DNA of 64,000 nucleotides from Acidobacteriota bacterium (GTDB lineage Bacteria; Acidobacteriota; UBA6911): the NCBI GenBank assembly GCA_963664705.1, contig OY761556.1:2016001-2080000 (forward strand), read 5' to 3'. Shown piece after piece: positions 62,145-64,000 of this stretch. The position numbers were made by a program, and so were the translations under genes. The notes below the pieces were generated by a model. That model ran no database searches. It was not told where the DNA came from and saw only the letters and a program-made list of their open reading frames with translations. Numbering within the stretch: position 1 is the stretch's first letter; every line of letters starts with the position of its first letter.

Positions 62145-64000
62145 CTAAATGCGGCCGAAATTGCGCTCGATTTCGTACATACTGAAACGCAGGATAACCG
62201 GTCGACCGTGAGGACAATTTGTGGGTATTCGCGTAAGCGACAGCTGATCCAGCAGCCATTGCATTTTCTCTGGGGTCAGGGGCATGTTCACCTTGACGGC
62301 GGCACGACAAGCGGTGCTCACACAAATTCTGTCCCGAATCCGCTCGACATCCAGCGTTCTCTCTTCATTTTCGAGACCCTCCAGAATCTCCGACAACAGT
62401 CTGCGATAGTCGGAATCTTTCGCCATGGCAGGGACCGAGCGGATCAGGATAGTGTTGCCGCCAAAGTGCTCGACCGTAAAACCGTTCCGGTTCAATTCCG
62501 GGACCATTCGATCAAATAGTGCGACCTGATGCGGAGGCAATTCCACGGAGAGAGGAACGAGCAGCCCCTGCGTCTCCAACGAACTGTTCTGGGCACCCGC
62601 CGCCATTTTTTCATATAGGATGCGCTCATGGGCAACGTGCTGATCAATGATGAGGAGTCCCTGGCTGTCGCAGGCAAGAATATAGCTTTCCTTCAACTGT
62701 CCCAGTATGCGTACCTCACCGGATTGAAAGGGGCGATCGACCCGCTCCGAAGCTCCCAGCAGCATAGTGGGCAGAATACGCAATGAAGCGTGATCTTCGA
62801 TTCCGGCCGAATCCATCGGCGGTGTCTCGCGGAACGGGTAATTCAGAGCACGCTGGAACGGATTGGGTGCGGCGGCCGGCGGTGTAAAATCAAATGTGCT
62901 TGCATACGCTGCCTCCCGGTTCAGCGGAGAAGCATATTGCAGCGCATTGATACCCATGGGATTGGATGAGGGGGCCAACTCCCGGTGTTCATAAACAGGA
63001 ATGCTGGTAGTCTTTACCAGGGCCTGCTCAATTGTATCGAGCACAAGCTTATGCACCGTGCTCTGATCGCGGAATCGAATTTCTGTTTTTGCCGGATGCG
63101 CGTTTACATCCACCTCATCAAAAGGCAATTCCACAAAAAGGATCACAACCGGATAGGCGGAAGAGGGCATGCAATTTCTGTACGCCTGTCGGATTGCACT
63201 GGTGATGACCTTGTCCCGCACCATCCGCCGATTCACATAAAAGAATTGGGAATAGGCATTTGTTCTTTGTTCATGCGGACGTGAGCTGAATCCGCGGATA
63301 CTCACGGGGCCCGTTTGACCGGACAGCTCGATCAGATTATCCAGAAATCCTTCCCCGAAAATCTGATAAACCCTTTCTCTGATCTCCGTGACAGCGACCG
63401 CATCCATCAGTACGCGGCCGTCGCTTTCCAATGTAAATCGAATCTCGGGATGCGCCAGGGCATAGTGCGTCACCAACCTGGCAATATGACCCAGCTCCGT
63501 GTCATGCGACCTGAGAAATTTCCTTCGGGCCGGCACATTGAAGAATAAATCACGAACCGTAATCTCCGTCCCTTTGTCCCAGGGTATCGGTTTCACGGCA
63601 CGCATTACTCCACCCTGGATCTCCAGTTCCGTTCCGGAAATGGAATCGGATCCGCGCTGTCTTGTTTTGAGTGTGAGACGCGAAATGGAGGCAATCGAGG
63701 GAAGCGCTTCTCCTCGGAACCCAAGCGTGGCTATTGCCGTCAAATCGTCGGCCGTCTGCAGTTTGCTTGTCGCATGATGTTCAAAAGCCAGAATTGCATC
63801 ATCCGGGCTCATCCCCTCGCCGTCATCTCGAACCTGGATGGAGCGCTTCCCTCCCGACATGATGGCGACGTGCACGGCCCGGCATTGCGCATCAATCGAG
63901 TTCTCCAGCAACTCCTTCACCACAGACGCCGGCCGCTCCACGATTTCACCGGCGGCTATCTTGTTCGCTAGAATTTCAGGGAGAACCCGGATCTTATTCA
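62145..64000 (-). CDS. mutL: DNA mismatch repair protein MutL (start codon cut by the window edge)
   Basis: NKIAAGEIVERPASVVKELLENS, GFRGEAL, DQHVAHER, CPHGRP. Confidence 0.97.
   Translation of the reverse strand, partial: NKIRVLPEILANKIAAGEIVERPASVVKELLENSIDAQCRAVHVAIMSGGKRSIQVRDDGEGMSPDDAILAFEHHATSKLQTADDLTAIATLGFRGEALPSIASISRLTLKTRQRGSDSISGTELEIQGGVMRAVKPIPWDKGTEITVRDLFFNVPARRKFLRSHDTELGHIARLVTHYALAHPEIRFTLESDGRVLMDAVAVTEIRERVYQIFGEGFLDNLIELSGQTGPVSIRGFSSRPHEQRTNAYSQFFYVNRRMVRDKVITSAIRQAYRNCMPSSAYPVVILFVELPFDEVDVNAHPAKTEIRFRDQSTVHKLVLDTIEQALVKTTSIPVYEHRELAPSSNPMGINALQYASPLNREAAYASTFDFTPPAAAPNPFQRALNYPFRETPPMDSAGIEDHASLRILPTMLLGASERVDRPFQSGEVRILGQLKESYILACDSQGLLIIDQHVAHERILYEKMAAGAQNSSLETQGLLVPLSVELPPHQVALFDRMVPELNRNGFTVEHFGGNTILIRSVPAMAKDSDYRRLLSEILEGLENEERTLDVERIRDRICVSTACRAAVKVNMPLTPEKMQWLLDQLSLTRIPTNCPHGRPVILRFSMYEIERNFGRI

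Overview
A dense housekeeping region of a diderm bacterium, probably Acidobacteriota (inferred from the fused LptF-LptG, the Pal with an extra beta domain and the stand-alone DnaC-like ATPase). It holds about 55 CDSs for replication and repair (holA, recO, xerD, recN, ssb, mutS, rarA, dnaE, mutL), envelope (lptE, ddl, psd/pssA, lpxD, murJ, lptFG, tol-pal, ArnT/flippase/GT2), translation (rpsT, glyQS, miaB, rimI, tsaB, TrmH) and metabolism (ino1, ppdK, rocD, hisG, guaA, accA). Several signals are hidden from the ORF track. (1) A 591-aa signal-peptide-bearing selenoprotein (48962-50737) is split at an in-frame UGA in a H-U-S-T-C motif with a SECIS-like hairpin, and is bracketed by copies of a MITE-like repeat. 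(2) SelD is itself a selenoprotein, and an orphan yqeC lies nearby. (3) A chromosomal dif site lies at 20985-21012, 2.5 kb from xerD. (4) guaA appears to start at ATT. (5) phoH carries a single frameshift. No rRNA, tRNA, CRISPR array or intact transposase was recognised.
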